Shown: piece by piece, positions 20,132-29,724 of the stretch | How the letters are laid out: each line of letters opens with the position of its first letter | Position numbering within the stretch: the first letter of the stretch is position 1 | Assembly: GCA_963749495.1 (NCBI GenBank) | Contig: CAVVMW010000010.1 | Coordinates: 256,001 to 320,000, forward strand | DNA from: an uncultured bacterium | GTDB lineage: Bacteria; Verrucomicrobiota; Verrucomicrobiia; Limisphaerales; UBA8199 | Length of the DNA: 64,000 nucleotides | Direction: 5' to 3' | Made by a program: the position numbers and the translations under genes | Notes under the pieces: generated by a model | Seen by the model: only the letters and a program-made list of their open reading frames with translations | Told to the model about the DNA's origin: nothing | The model's database searches: none

Positions 20132-22311
20132 TTGGTTGACAAGCGCGGTGGCTCTGCCCAGTCTGGCGTAGTGACAGCAGATGCAACAGGGGCCGGCGGC
20201 GGCGGCCGGAGGCGCCTGGCCCGAGCCGCTGCTCGGGCGCCGCTGGTGCTTTCGAGGTATCTCTGGATCTGGCCCTTGGCAGGGGCCTTGCTGATCGGCC
20301 TGGCCGGCTTCTGGACGCGCGACTTGTTGGAGGGGACGATGAAGACAGAGCTGAGCGGGCGCCTGCAGACCCTGCTCAATGCAGACGTGGCCGCCCTGCA
20401 GCTCTGGATTTCGCAAAAGGAGTCCGACGCCAAGGCCTTCGTGGCGGACCCGCCGGTTCGCGAGGCGATCCTGGGCTTGGCCGAGCAGGCAAAGCAGCCC
20501 GGCATCAGCCAATCCGCCCTGGCGCAGTCTCAGGCCGCGCGGGCCTTGCAGCTTGCCCTCAAGCCACTCTTGGAATCACACAAATACCTGGATTACGTCG
20601 TCATCGGGGCGGGCGAGCGTGTGCTGGCGTCACCGATGGCCTCACAGGTCGGCGGCCGGGGGCCGGCGGCTACAGGTTGTTTGCGCGGCGGGCGCTGGAC
20701 GGGCAATCCACCGTGTCGCGGCCCTTTGCGGGCGAGCCTGCGCCTGGGGAACAGGAACGACCCCCTGTGATGTTCGTGGCCGCGCCGGTCAGAGCTGCCG
20801 ACGGCACGGTGGCGGCGGCGCTTGGCCTGCGGATGAAGCCCGAGGAGGAGTTCAGCCAAATCTTCCTGGTGGCCCGGATGGGCGAGAGCGGCGAGGCCTA
20901 CGCCTTCGACAACCAGGGCGTGATGCTGAGCACATCGAGGTTCGAGCCGGAGTTGAAGTACCTCGGTTTGATTCCCGATACGCCCCAGGCAACGGCCATT
21001 CTAAACCTGCGGTTGCTGGACCCCGGGGCCGACCTGGATCGCGGCGAACCCCCCGCGCTGCCCCGCCAGCGGATGCGCCTTACGCGCATGGCCGCCTCGG
21101 CCACCCATCAATCGCAAGGCTGCGATGTCGAGGGATACCGGAACTACCGCGGCGTCAACGTCATCGGCGCCTGGACCTGGCTGCCGGGCTGCAACCTGGG
21201 CGTGGCGACGGAGGAGGCCACGGACGAGGCCTTCGAGACGTTGTTTGTCGTGCGGCGGGTCTTTCTGACGTTGTTTCTGCTGTTGGTCCTGGGCGGGATT
21301 GCCATTTTTGCCTTCTCCCTGCTGCTGGAGCGGCTGCAGGCCTCTGTCCTCAAGAGCACCGTGGCCGCCCGGCGCCTGGGCCAATACGTGCTGGTCCAGG
21401 AGATCGGGCGCGGGGCCAACGGGATGGTCTATCGCGCCCGGCACACACTGCTGCGCCTGCCCGTGGCCGTCAAGGTGCTCAGCCCCGACCTCACCAACGC
21501 GGCAACGGCCGAACGCTTCGAGCACGAGGTCCAAATCACCAGCCAGCTCACCCATCCCAATACAGTGGCCATCTACGATTACGGGCGCACCCCGGAGGGC
21601 CTCTTCTACTATGCCATGGAATACTTGAGCGGCATCAACCTCGACCGGCTCGGACGCGAATTCGGCCCGCAACCCGAGGGACGTGTCATCCATATCTTGC
21701 GCCAGGTCTGCGGCTCCGTCGCCGAGGCGCACCGGGTGGGGCTCATCCACCGTGACCTCAAACCCGCCAATATCCTCCTCACTCGCCGCGGCGGCGTCTG
21801 CGACACCGTCAAGGTGCTCGACTTCGGCCTGGTCAAAGCCTCCCATGCGGGCCCCGAGGGCCTGGCCGAAGGTGCCGTCGTCGGCACCCCTCACTTCATG
21901 TCCCCTGAAGCCATCCAGACCCCGGAGGTCCTGGACGCCCGCAGCGACCTTTACTCGCTCGGGGCCGTCGGCTATTGGTTGCTCACCGGCAAGACCCTCT
22001 TCGAGACCGACAACGTCCAACAACTGCTCGAACGGCAGGTCAAGGAAACACCCTGCGCCCCCTCCCAGCGGCTGGGCCGGGAGATTTCAGCCGACCTCGA
22101 GGACTTGATCCTGTGCTGCCTGGCCAAGCTGCCCGCCCAGCGGCCCGCCGGCGCAGAGGCCCTTGAAGAGGCCCTGGGCCGCTGCCGGACTGCCGGCGCC
22201 TGGACCCCGCAAGACGCCGCCTGCTGGTGGAAGACCCACCTCCCCGCCGTCGAAACCGCCCCCGCAGCCGTCATGGCCGAAAAGACCCTCGTCATCGCGC
22301 CCAGACCCTGA
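20132..22311 (+). CDS. Membrane Ser/Thr kinase (TM - Cache-like sensor - TM - kinase), frameshift near 20660
   Basis: TM and helical region in 20132..20770; GESGEAYAFD, YRNYRGVNVIGAW, a TM, then IHRDLKPAN / LDFGLVK in 20677..22311. Confidence 0.88.
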
Positions 22312-22693
22312 AACAGGGCGGTTTTGGCCATCCCAGTAAGCCGGTGCCTGCGACGGAGTTTGACTCGGCACTGCACACTCGCCGTTTCTTTTGTTTTGCT
22401 CGCTGGCATGCAAAACAAGCGGTTGAGTTTCAGCGACCCCGGCCGAGAATGCCATTTACGGGGTGCTCAAGGCGGTGCCGGTTCTGAGCTTTCAACAAGC
22501 GGTCTGGCAGCAGGCCCGCTATCGGGGCCAGGACGGGCAGGTAGTCCTGTGGGACGGCAAGGCCTCGCGGCAACACCACAATCCACCACGGTCCCTGCCG
22601 CAGGGCCGTGCGGGAATTGGAGCACGGGCCTGCGGCGCGGTGGCGGCCGGTTCGTGCTTGGCACCGCCCCCCCAGCGGCGTTACAGTCAGGAC

Positions 22694-22900
22694 ATGAGCA
22701 CGGTGATGGAAATCAAGCAGGCGGTGACCAAGCTGACGCCGCGCAAGAAGCTGGCGCTGGCGCGTTGGCTCCAGGCGCAAATTGACGATCGCCTCAGCGA
22801 CGAGGAGATGGTGGCGATCGCGGCGGAGGGCGCGCGGGCCCTCGATAAACGGGAGGCTGCGGATGCCAAGCGTGAGGCGTGGCGAGGTCTGGCAGGTTGA
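22694..22900 (+). CDS. Small putative antitoxin
   Basis: 68-aa ORF MSTVMEIKQAVTKL... overlapping the MazF-like gene. Confidence 0.65.
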   Translation: MSTVMEIKQAVTKLTPRKKLALARWLQAQIDDRLSDEEMVAIAAEGARALDKREAADAKREAWRGLAG

Positions 22901-23179
22901 TTTCGGCTCGCGGCCAAGGTACGCCCAGCCTTGGTGCTGGGTTGCGACATCGCGGACGAAGACCGAGTACCGGTCGCGCTGGTCTTTCACACAACGGCTT
23001 TACGCGGTTCCCGTTACGAGGTGCCGTTGCGAGTCCCGGGCCTCGACCATGGCGGTTTCGATGCCCAGAGCCTTTACACGGTTCCCGCTGTCAAACTCAT
23101 CCGTCGACGGGCGGTGCTGACGCCAGCCCAATTGAAGGAGGTCGAAGCGCGTGTCAAACTTTGGCTTGGGTTGACTTGA
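22863..23179 (+). CDS. PemK/MazF family toxin, frameshift near 22906
   Basis: RRGEVWQVDFG-[shift]-AAKVRPALVL...HTT...LTPAQLKEVEARVKLWLGL. Confidence 0.82.
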
Positions 23180-23224
23180 TTGACCCAGCCTGAATGGCGC
23201 TGCTGAGAGGGCCACAGGGGCCCC

Positions 23225-23335
23225 ATCGCACGTATACCGGAAGAGGCCGACCCGGAGGCGTTCGAGGCTTTGCGCCGGGGCTGGTGCCTCGGGGGCGACA
23301 ATTTCAGGCGGCAGATGCTCTTGCGCATGGACGGA
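23225..23335 (+). pseudogene. Fragment resembling the C-terminal region of REP-associated/IS200-like tyrosine transposases
   Basis: TEEADPEAFEALRRGWCLG..FRRQML read across a frameshift. Confidence 0.45.
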
Positions 23336-23522
23336 GAAAGGGTCAACCCATAGTTTGGGGTTTTTTGGTTGCCTGAAGTATCTGAAGGTTAATATAGGGC
23401 GAACACGCCTCGCAAACTGCGCATCGCGGCGGCACGAGCGATGGGTCGCAACCGCCTTTAGGCATCTGCGCCGATGAAAGCGAATGAACGACAACGAACC
23501 AAACTACGGCTGACCCCTTTCC
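23335..23522. repeat. Imperfect inverted-repeat pair (MITE-like)
   Basis: aaagggtcaacccatagtttgg ... ccaaactacggctgacccctttc. Confidence 0.55.
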
Positions 23523-23599
23523 TGACGCAGTCCGTTTGCATTTTTTGGAATTGCTGAGCCAGCTTGGGGAGTGTTTTGGCGTAAGGGTTCCGCTTACGC

Positions 23600-23800
23600 C
23601 GGCTACCGCCCGCCGCTGGCGTGGGTCTGGCGCGAGCCGCTGGCCCGGTTATGGGTTTGAGTCAACTGGCGGTTTGGACTACGCCGTAGTGAGCAAAACC
23701 CTCGCCCGCTTTGGCCGGCGCCTCGAAACCGATCCCCGCCTGCGAGAAGAAATAGCCGCAATCCGGGACCGATTGTCCAAATGACAAGACACGACCCCAA
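23600..23800 (+). pseudogene. C-terminal HTH fragment of a tyrosine-transposase-like gene
   Basis: GGLDYAVVSKTLARFGRRLETDPRLREEIAAIRDRLSK followed by a gacccc end motif. Confidence 0.5.
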
Positions 23801-23889
23801 TGGGTTTCCCAATGGGTTTCGAGCAGGTTGGCACAACCCGGGCAAAAAACCAGCGCCAAAGACAAGCTTGTGTCATTAGTTTGGACCCC

Positions 23890-24020
23890 TTTTCGGCCAC
23901 GCCGCACATCTGCGCCAGCAAGCGGTCGCTCAAGTTTCCAAATTCGGCGAGCGCGATTTCCACCCCACGGCGCTTGTCGGCGTTCGAGCGGCGCAACCCG
24001 TGCTTCTGATTGCCTGAACG
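23890..24020 (-). pseudogene. Fragment of a phage-type ParB-like/HTH protein
   Basis: ANQKHGLRRSNADKRRGVEIALAEFGNLSDRLLAQMCGV. Confidence 0.6.
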
Positions 24021-24200
24021 GTTTCAATCTGCCCGTGCCATTGCTTCGTTTTGCGGTTGCGCCTTCAACCCGACTCGTGTTTCATTTGACGCCGCAGATG
24101 CAAGATAAGACTCGTCAATCCGTGCCCGTTGGGAAGAAAGCCGCGTTGCGATTCGTGAGAATTCTGGCAGCGGAGACGACATCCGTTTCCTGAGAACCGC

Positions 24201-25265
24201 ATGATGATGCAGCAAGTTCCAGCCGGTTTTGAATCATCACATGCTGAATGGCTGCGAATGGGAGGACAAGCCTTTCGCGAACTCCATCGGTTTGGTCCTA
24301 GGCCAGATTTCTATCGAAACCGTTATTGGAAACTGGTCAAGGAGGCCGTTCTTACGTCGAGGCAAGCGAAATGTTGCAGGTGCGCTCAAGATGCAAGTCA
24401 GGTCCATCATCTAAATTACGAATTTGTGGGCGAGGACCATCTTCACCCTGACACTCTGGTAGCCATATGCAAGTCGTGTCATGGTTTGCTTGAATACGCC
24501 CGCAAAGCGGAATCGCTGATTTCGCGAATTTCACGCAGAATGTCCCTGTGCAAACGGTTTTCGGACGGGCGCCCTTGTCGTGACCAGACCGCAGCTCACG
24601 TCGGTGCGCGTCTGCTTGAGTATCAGGACGAACTTGCCGAACTGCGGAGTCTATTTGCAACCGAAATTCATTACCGCAATCCCCGAATCAGGTCTGAGGC
24701 CGAGAGGGAGGCTGCCCTTGCCCAGTTTCGCCAGAAACGTCAGGGTTACGAAGAACGGGGGGTGAATTTGGTCGCGAAATGGAACGGCAGTGAAAAAGAG
24801 AAAGCCGAACGACTGCTGCCTATGCTGGAGTTGGAAATACACAAGTGTCGGAAGTTCGTTGCCGAAGTTTTTCAACCTATTTCTCGCCCCGCTGGACATC
24901 TTCCATCGGCTGGCGAGGCTAGCATTTCTGCTTGGTCGAAGGACGGGCGGCCAAGTGCCACGCCAGAATCTGAAGGCAAAGCGCATCAAATCGAGTCTCT
25001 TGTTGTGGGAATCAAATATCATCGGGGCCATGTGGATGGTGTTGCGCCAGGAGACAGCGTGCGATTTGTGCGAGAACCAAATAACCCTTATGACCCAAAC
25101 GCGATAAAAGTGACCATGCATATGGATGAGACTCTGGGATACCTTACGACGGAGTTCGCCGCCGTCCTTGCCAAACAGATGGATGCCGGAATGTGTGTTC
25201 GAGCCGAAGTTTCCAGGATTGTGCGGGAAAAGGTTTATGTTGTAGTCACCGTTGGGGATGCGTAA
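24201..25265 (+). CDS. HNH endonuclease - helical linker - HIRAN domain protein
   Basis: CCRC...VHHLNY...LVAICKSCH (HNH); VVGIKYH...VREPNNPYDPNAIKV...LGYL (HIRAN); visibly lower GC than the flanks. Confidence 0.82.
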   Translation: MMMQQVPAGFESSHAEWLRMGGQAFRELHRFGPRPDFYRNRYWKLVKEAVLTSRQAKCCRCAQDASQVHHLNYEFVGEDHLHPDTLVAICKSCHGLLEYARKAESLISRISRRMSLCKRFSDGRPCRDQTAAHVGARLLEYQDELAELRSLFATEIHYRNPRIRSEAEREAALAQFRQKRQGYEERGVNLVAKWNGSEKEKAERLLPMLELEIHKCRKFVAEVFQPISRPAGHLPSAGEASISAWSKDGRPSATPESEGKAHQIESLVVGIKYHRGHVDGVAPGDSVRFVREPNNPYDPNAIKVTMHMDETLGYLTTEFAAVLAKQMDAGMCVRAEVSRIVREKVYVVVTVGDA

Positions 25266-25514
25266 ACCGAGCGCCAGCCTTTGTTCTACATCTCTGATTG
25301 CCAGCAGCCAGGGGATTTACACGAACCTGAGGGCGGCATCACCCGGGAGTGCGTAAACGCAGCCGTCGCACCGAGTATTCAATGCGCAACATCGGCCACG
25401 TCCCGCCCGCGCTCCTGGCCGACTCGGCCACCGGCTTCATCCAGTTCGTCCCGGCCAGCTTCAAGGACGAGCGGGCCAAGGACAATTTTGCCAACGCTGC
25501 CCGGCTGATTGTTG

Positions 25515-25732
25515 AGCTGCTGGTGCGTGTCCCCCGGCGCCACAATCAGCACCGCGCCCTTGGGCCTGAGCTGGTCCGCCTGCCGCGTCCAGCCGAGCTT
25601 GAGCAGCGGCCAGACCACCGCCGCGATGGACTTGCCCAGCCCGCAATCCCAGGACAGCACCAGCCGCTCCTTCATGGCCGCCCGGGCCAGGTCCTGACGT
25701 TGAAACGGACGAAGTGTAAGTGATTGGTTCAT
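25515..25732 (-). pseudogene. 5' fragment of a SNF2-like helicase
   Basis: LRPFQRQDLAR (Q motif), SWDCGLGKS (motif I), VLIVAP (motif Ia), then an abrupt junction. Confidence 0.7.
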
Positions 25733-25782
25733 AGGTCGTTTTCGGAGTTGTAAATATGCAAAAAGAGTTGCAAGCTGCTCGC

Positions 25783-26295
25783 ATGAAAGTCAGTCGAATC
25801 GCCCCTCTTCTTGCGCTGCTCCTGCTGCTTCCCTCATGCGGTAATCGGGCCAAACACGAAGCGGCCAAGGAGTTCAGGGATGCTCTCGCGGCGATGAAGG
25901 TTGCCTGCCACGGAACGCTGGAAGAATTTCGGCAGAGCCGGGTCAAGCTGGATACCGTCTTCGAGGCGAACAAGGAAGTGCTCCCCATAAACCCCGGGGA
26001 ATATGCTGTGCTCCATGAGCTCTTGTTGGCGTGCCAAATCTGCTGGGCGCAGCACCTTCGGCTGGATGACTATGGCATGGTCGCACGCTACGGTCCATGC
26101 CACGTGCTGCCGCGCAGGGACGTGGATATATGGCTGGCGATGGTCTATATCAGCCCTGAATTGCAGTTGAAGACCGACACCCAAGATGAGGCGCGAATGC
26201 GCGACCCCGATTTCACCATCGAACCGCACCTCGCCCGCGGCCTTGCCAAAGCGGCTCAAATCTCCCAAGGCTTCATGGCCAGGCTGGCCCGCTAA
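25783..26295 (+). CDS. Hypothetical lipoprotein
   Basis: MKVSRIAPLLALLLLLPSC lipobox-type signal; opposite strand to the flanking phage-like fragments. Confidence 0.65.
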   Translation: MKVSRIAPLLALLLLLPSCGNRAKHEAAKEFRDALAAMKVACHGTLEEFRQSRVKLDTVFEANKEVLPINPGEYAVLHELLLACQICWAQHLRLDDYGMVARYGPCHVLPRRDVDIWLAMVYISPELQLKTDTQDEARMRDPDFTIEPHLARGLAKAAQISQGFMARLAR

Positions 26296-26316
26296 GCTCG
26301 AGGCCTTTGCCATCGG

Positions 26317-26510
26317 CTATTGGCTACTGGCTGTCTCTGGTCTGAAAGACCGCAGGACCGCCTCCAGCCCATCGAGCGCCTCCAGGTTCCTCCCGTACTC
26401 TGCCGGGTCCATGGTCGCCACGTCGGGCACCTCCGGGATGGTGAAATGCGCCACCAGCTCCTGCAGCGTGAAATCAGTCGCCGTGGTCGAGCCGTCGCAC
26501 TTTGGATTCC
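26317..26510 (-). pseudogene. 3' fragment of an unknown (probably phage) gene
   Basis: Strong GC3 codon bias: DFTLQELVAHFTIPEVPDVATMDPAEYGRNLEALDGLE. Confidence 0.45.
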
Positions 26511-26551
26511 CAACCACCGTATTTGGGTCATTCTTGAGCCGCGCGTCACTG

Positions 26552-27369
26552 GTCGAGTGGGGCGGACGCGCAGCCGGTTTTAGACCAATGGCTTCCAGTC
26601 TTTCAGCCCTTTCGAGCATCGTGCCAAACAGCCCTCGGGTCATGCCGATGTTTCCTCCGCCCCGTCTATTCATTCCGTACGGCGGGTTTTCCCCAGTACC
26701 GCTGGAAACCAGCCTTGCCATCCTGCGCCCTTCCGAAACCTGTCGGGGCTTCGTTTGACGCAGGACCTGCGGTTCATCCGTTTCTGGCCATTTCATATCC
26801 AGGCGTCTGGAACCGCGGCTGCACCCACAGGCCCTTGGCTCAGCACGGTTTATCATGTCCGCGCCTGCAATCGCTACTACGGCCTGATCCGCCAGCCTGA
26901 CGAACTCCGTCCAGCTTGGCTTTCTCCGCTTACGCTGGCCGGTCTTTGCCCTTATCGGGCCGTTCGGCTCGCCTTCCCTTCTTTGCTTTGTCATACTGTC
27001 CATACATGCCGCTACCTCTACCCCGTCGGCTGACCAAGCTCACTTGATGGCTTATCCCTCGGTCATGGGAGCATTCGCCATTCCTATCGCGCTTCGGCTG
27101 TTCCGAATTTAGCCCCCTCACTGGCTTCAGAGGAGGAAACAATCTCGGGGCGGCAGTTTTCTCGTAATGTTGCGGCCTGCACGTTGGCTAGAGCGGCTGA
27201 CCAGTCCCCGCCGGCGTTTATGCGCCGCCGACAGGCCCGCCCGTTTACGGCAGAGCTTGCCCCAGCCAGGGTCTCCCCCGGCCAGGGTCTGCTATCACTA
27301 CTCGGCCCAACCATCCCTTGCCGAGGCAGGACTTGCGCCGGCGAGCATGTCAAAGGTTGAAGGCTGCAC
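26552..27369 (-). mobile_element. ORF-less group II intron (818 nt)
   Basis: 5' GTGCAG; domain V AGCGGTACTGGGGAAAACCCGCCGTACGGAAT (26672-26703); domain VI closing CCGCCCCACTCGAC; EBS1 ATAGGAAT (27080-27087) complementary to the 5' exon end ATTCCTAT; no RT ORF. Confidence 0.87.
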
Positions 27370-27409
27370 ATAGGAATTTGGTTTTTTGCGGCGCCGGCGG
27401 TTTTGACGC

Positions 27410-27950
27410 TGCGCGGGTGATGCACGGGAGCGCGGACAAGCTCACGCCGCCGGTCGGCATCCGGGCGGTGGCGGTGCTGCACAAGAACGCGGAGAAAGTC
27501 CCGCAGATCCTGGGTGAGCACCTGGGCGGGCGGCACCGCTGGGCGGTGGGCATGGAGGTGGATTATCACCCGCTCGAATCCGGATTTGTGCTGCTGCGCC
27601 TCGAGCAGGGGAAAAAGAAGGCCCGGGCGCTGCTCGACCTTTCGAGCCCGCCCGAATTCAAGAAGGCCGGCATGGGCTATGTCGAGCTGGCTGAGGCGCC
27701 GGAGGAGCTGATCGAGACGCTCGACCTGAACGAGATGCGGATCAAGCCGGACGCGATCTGCGAGAAGATGCGGGTGGTCCTGCTCAAGGGCGGGATCAAT
27801 GGCAAGGTCCACTACAAGGGCGTGGGCCTGGTGCGGCTGGGCGCGGAAGGCGAGGCCTAGGTGCAGCAGATGCTGGCGAGCGGGACAGAGCCATGGATGA
27901 GCGAACTCGCGGAATATTACCGCCGGCTGGCCGCGGAGATTAAACCGCTA
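27410..27950 (+). pseudogene. 3' part of a phage prohead-protease-like gene with a premature TAG at 27858
   Basis: WAVGMEV...YKGVGLVRLGAEGEA*VQQMLAS; the frame continues past the TAG; lies upstream of scaffold- and decoration-like genes. Confidence 0.45.
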
Positions 27951-28045
27951 ATCCACGCTGATAATCGCTAATGGAAATGGCCCGCGAAATACGCGAAACA
28001 TACGAAAGAGTTCTCTTTTCGCGTGTTTGGCGTGTTTCGCGGGCG
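27942..28045. repeat. Short tandem/inverted repeat cluster
   Basis: cccgcgaaatacgcgaaacatacgaaa ... ttttcgcgtgtttggcgtgtttcgcgggc. Confidence 0.7.
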
Positions 28046-28160
28046 CGTTTAGCCTTCAATTCATTTTTAACGATTTGCATTTTTATTGTTGACAGCTTGG
28101 CGGAAATATGAGGCAGGGGAGGCAAGACAGTGAAATAACGAGACGTTGAGACGAGAAACC

Positions 28161-28619
28161 ATGAAACTTTCGGACATCAAGACCGGGGCGGACGTGAGGA
28201 AATTCCTCAGCCAGTTTTACACCGGGCAGGTGCAGGCCCTGCACGGGCTCATCGAAAAGCTGCCGGAGAGCCTCCGGCCCGAATTGAAAAAGCTCCACGA
28301 TGAGCTGAACGAGGCGCTCAGCGGGCTGGAGCCGCTGGAGCAGATCCCGGCCGCGCAGGAAGCGGCGTGGAGCTTCAACAGCCTGGCGCGCGCCATGATC
28401 CAGATCCAGGAGTACGCCGGCGGCCTCCTCGAGCGCCTCAAGAAGATGCAGGAGGAGATCACCGGCAAGGCGACCGAGTTCAACAGCGAGCTGGCCCTCC
28501 TCGCGGATGTCCTGCCGAGCACGCGCGAGCCCAGGGCAGAGCCGCTCCTGGGCGGCGGCGCCCCGGCTGCGGCGGCAACCGAGAACAAACCGAAAGGGAG
28601 GAAACTGACTTTGGCCTGA
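28161..28619 (+). CDS. Coiled-coil protein, possible phage scaffolding protein
   Basis: Helical, charged, low-complexity basic tail; assignment rests on gene order. Confidence 0.45.
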   Translation: MKLSDIKTGADVRKFLSQFYTGQVQALHGLIEKLPESLRPELKKLHDELNEALSGLEPLEQIPAAQEAAWSFNSLARAMIQIQEYAGGLLERLKKMQEEITGKATEFNSELALLADVLPSTREPRAEPLLGGGAPAAAATENKPKGRKLTLA

Positions 28620-28686
28620 CGGCCAATAGCCTGCCTGCCGGCAGGCAGGCCAATAACCAACTGAAACCTGAACCAAGCAAACAAAT

Positions 28687-29178
28687 ATGAACTTTTACCC
28701 GGCTTCTCCATTCGAGATCACGCGGCGGGACCGCTCGATCAACGCGTCTCTCCAATTCACGGCGCCCGAGGGCCCGGATTCCGTCCCGCGCGGGTTCGCG
28801 CTGGGCGCCCACGCCACGGACCCGGCGCAGTTCGATGTGGCGCAACACAACACGTTCATTGGCCACCTGACGCGCCAAGTGCGGGTCGGCGTCACGTCCG
28901 ACACCCCGGTGGGCGTGGAATCGCCCTTCACCAATGGCCAGGAGGTCACGGTGGAGAAGGCCAAGGAGATCGAAGCGGAAGGCTCGGCCTACCTGGTTGT
29001 CAGCGGCGTGAACGCCATCACGGCGAATACGCCGGTCGGGACCGACTTGTGCTTCTACAACGGCTACCTCGGGGTGAGGTCGAGCGGGCTGCACACGAAC
29101 TACATCCTGACGGCCAACAACCTGACGCCGCAGACGCAGGGCAACCTGCGCATCCGGGCGGAGTTCTTCGCGGGCTAA
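28687..29178 (+). CDS. Putative phage capsid decoration/cement protein
   Basis: 163 aa, G/T/V-rich and beta-like, follows the scaffold-like gene. Confidence 0.45.
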   Translation: MNFYPASPFEITRRDRSINASLQFTAPEGPDSVPRGFALGAHATDPAQFDVAQHNTFIGHLTRQVRVGVTSDTPVGVESPFTNGQEVTVEKAKEIEAEGSAYLVVSGVNAITANTPVGTDLCFYNGYLGVRSSGLHTNYILTANNLTPQTQGNLRIRAEFFAG

Positions 29179-29466
29179 AAACGGCTGAACCTGGCGACGG
29201 AATTGCAATTTTAACAACTGGTCGGAGGAAGGGGTCAACCACGGTCGGAGGAAGGGGTCAACGAATAACTTTACACTTATGCGTCCTCTGACTGCGCTCG
29301 TTTGCTCTTACTGTCGCCACGGCTCATGACCTGATTAACGTCTATGGCGGAAGTTATAATCTGACGCCTCCCACCTGGGTAACTGATTCACTACTTGACC
29401 CTCGCGCCCGTTCCGTGTCAGGGTGTCGATCAGCCGCTCAAGAACGGTATATTTGAGCAATTTGTC

Positions 29467-29709
29467 ATGACGATTGCAATTGAAGCCTCGCCAAGAACCG
29501 ACGCCTGGCTGGAACGGAAGGCCAGCGCGGCCGGTGCGGACAAAGCATCGGTCGCCTCCCGTGTCCTCGACCAGGCCGCCGAAAAGGACCTGCCACCGCT
29601 GCCATATTCTCCAGAAGAACGGCTTCGCCGGTTTCGAGCCTGGGTCGTCACCGTTCCCGCTCGCCCCGGTCCGCCGGTTGATGCGCGGCGCGAGACCATA
29701 TACGACTGA
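29467..29709 (+). CDS. Putative VapB-type antitoxin
   Basis: MTIAIEASPRTDAWLERKA...VDARRETIYD, followed by a PIN fragment. Confidence 0.65.
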   Translation: MTIAIEASPRTDAWLERKASAAGADKASVASRVLDQAAEKDLPPLPYSPEERLRRFRAWVVTVPARPGPPVDARRETIYD

Positions 29710-29724
29710 TGCGCAACGCCGGCC

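Noticed and set aside
22388..22600. Possible gene fragment (MQNKRLSF..AIYGVLKAVPVLSFQQAVWQQARYRG)
   Set aside because: Coding-like but frameshifted and unrecognisable; cannot be supported
26317..27003. 228-aa ORF inside the intron as a possible intron-encoded protein
   Set aside because: No RT (YADD) or maturase motifs; it runs through structural domains V and VI into the exon
27858..27860. In-frame TAG as possible pyrrolysine or readthrough
   Set aside because: The gene is already 5'-truncated in a decayed region and no pyl genes are present; a nonsense mutation is simpler
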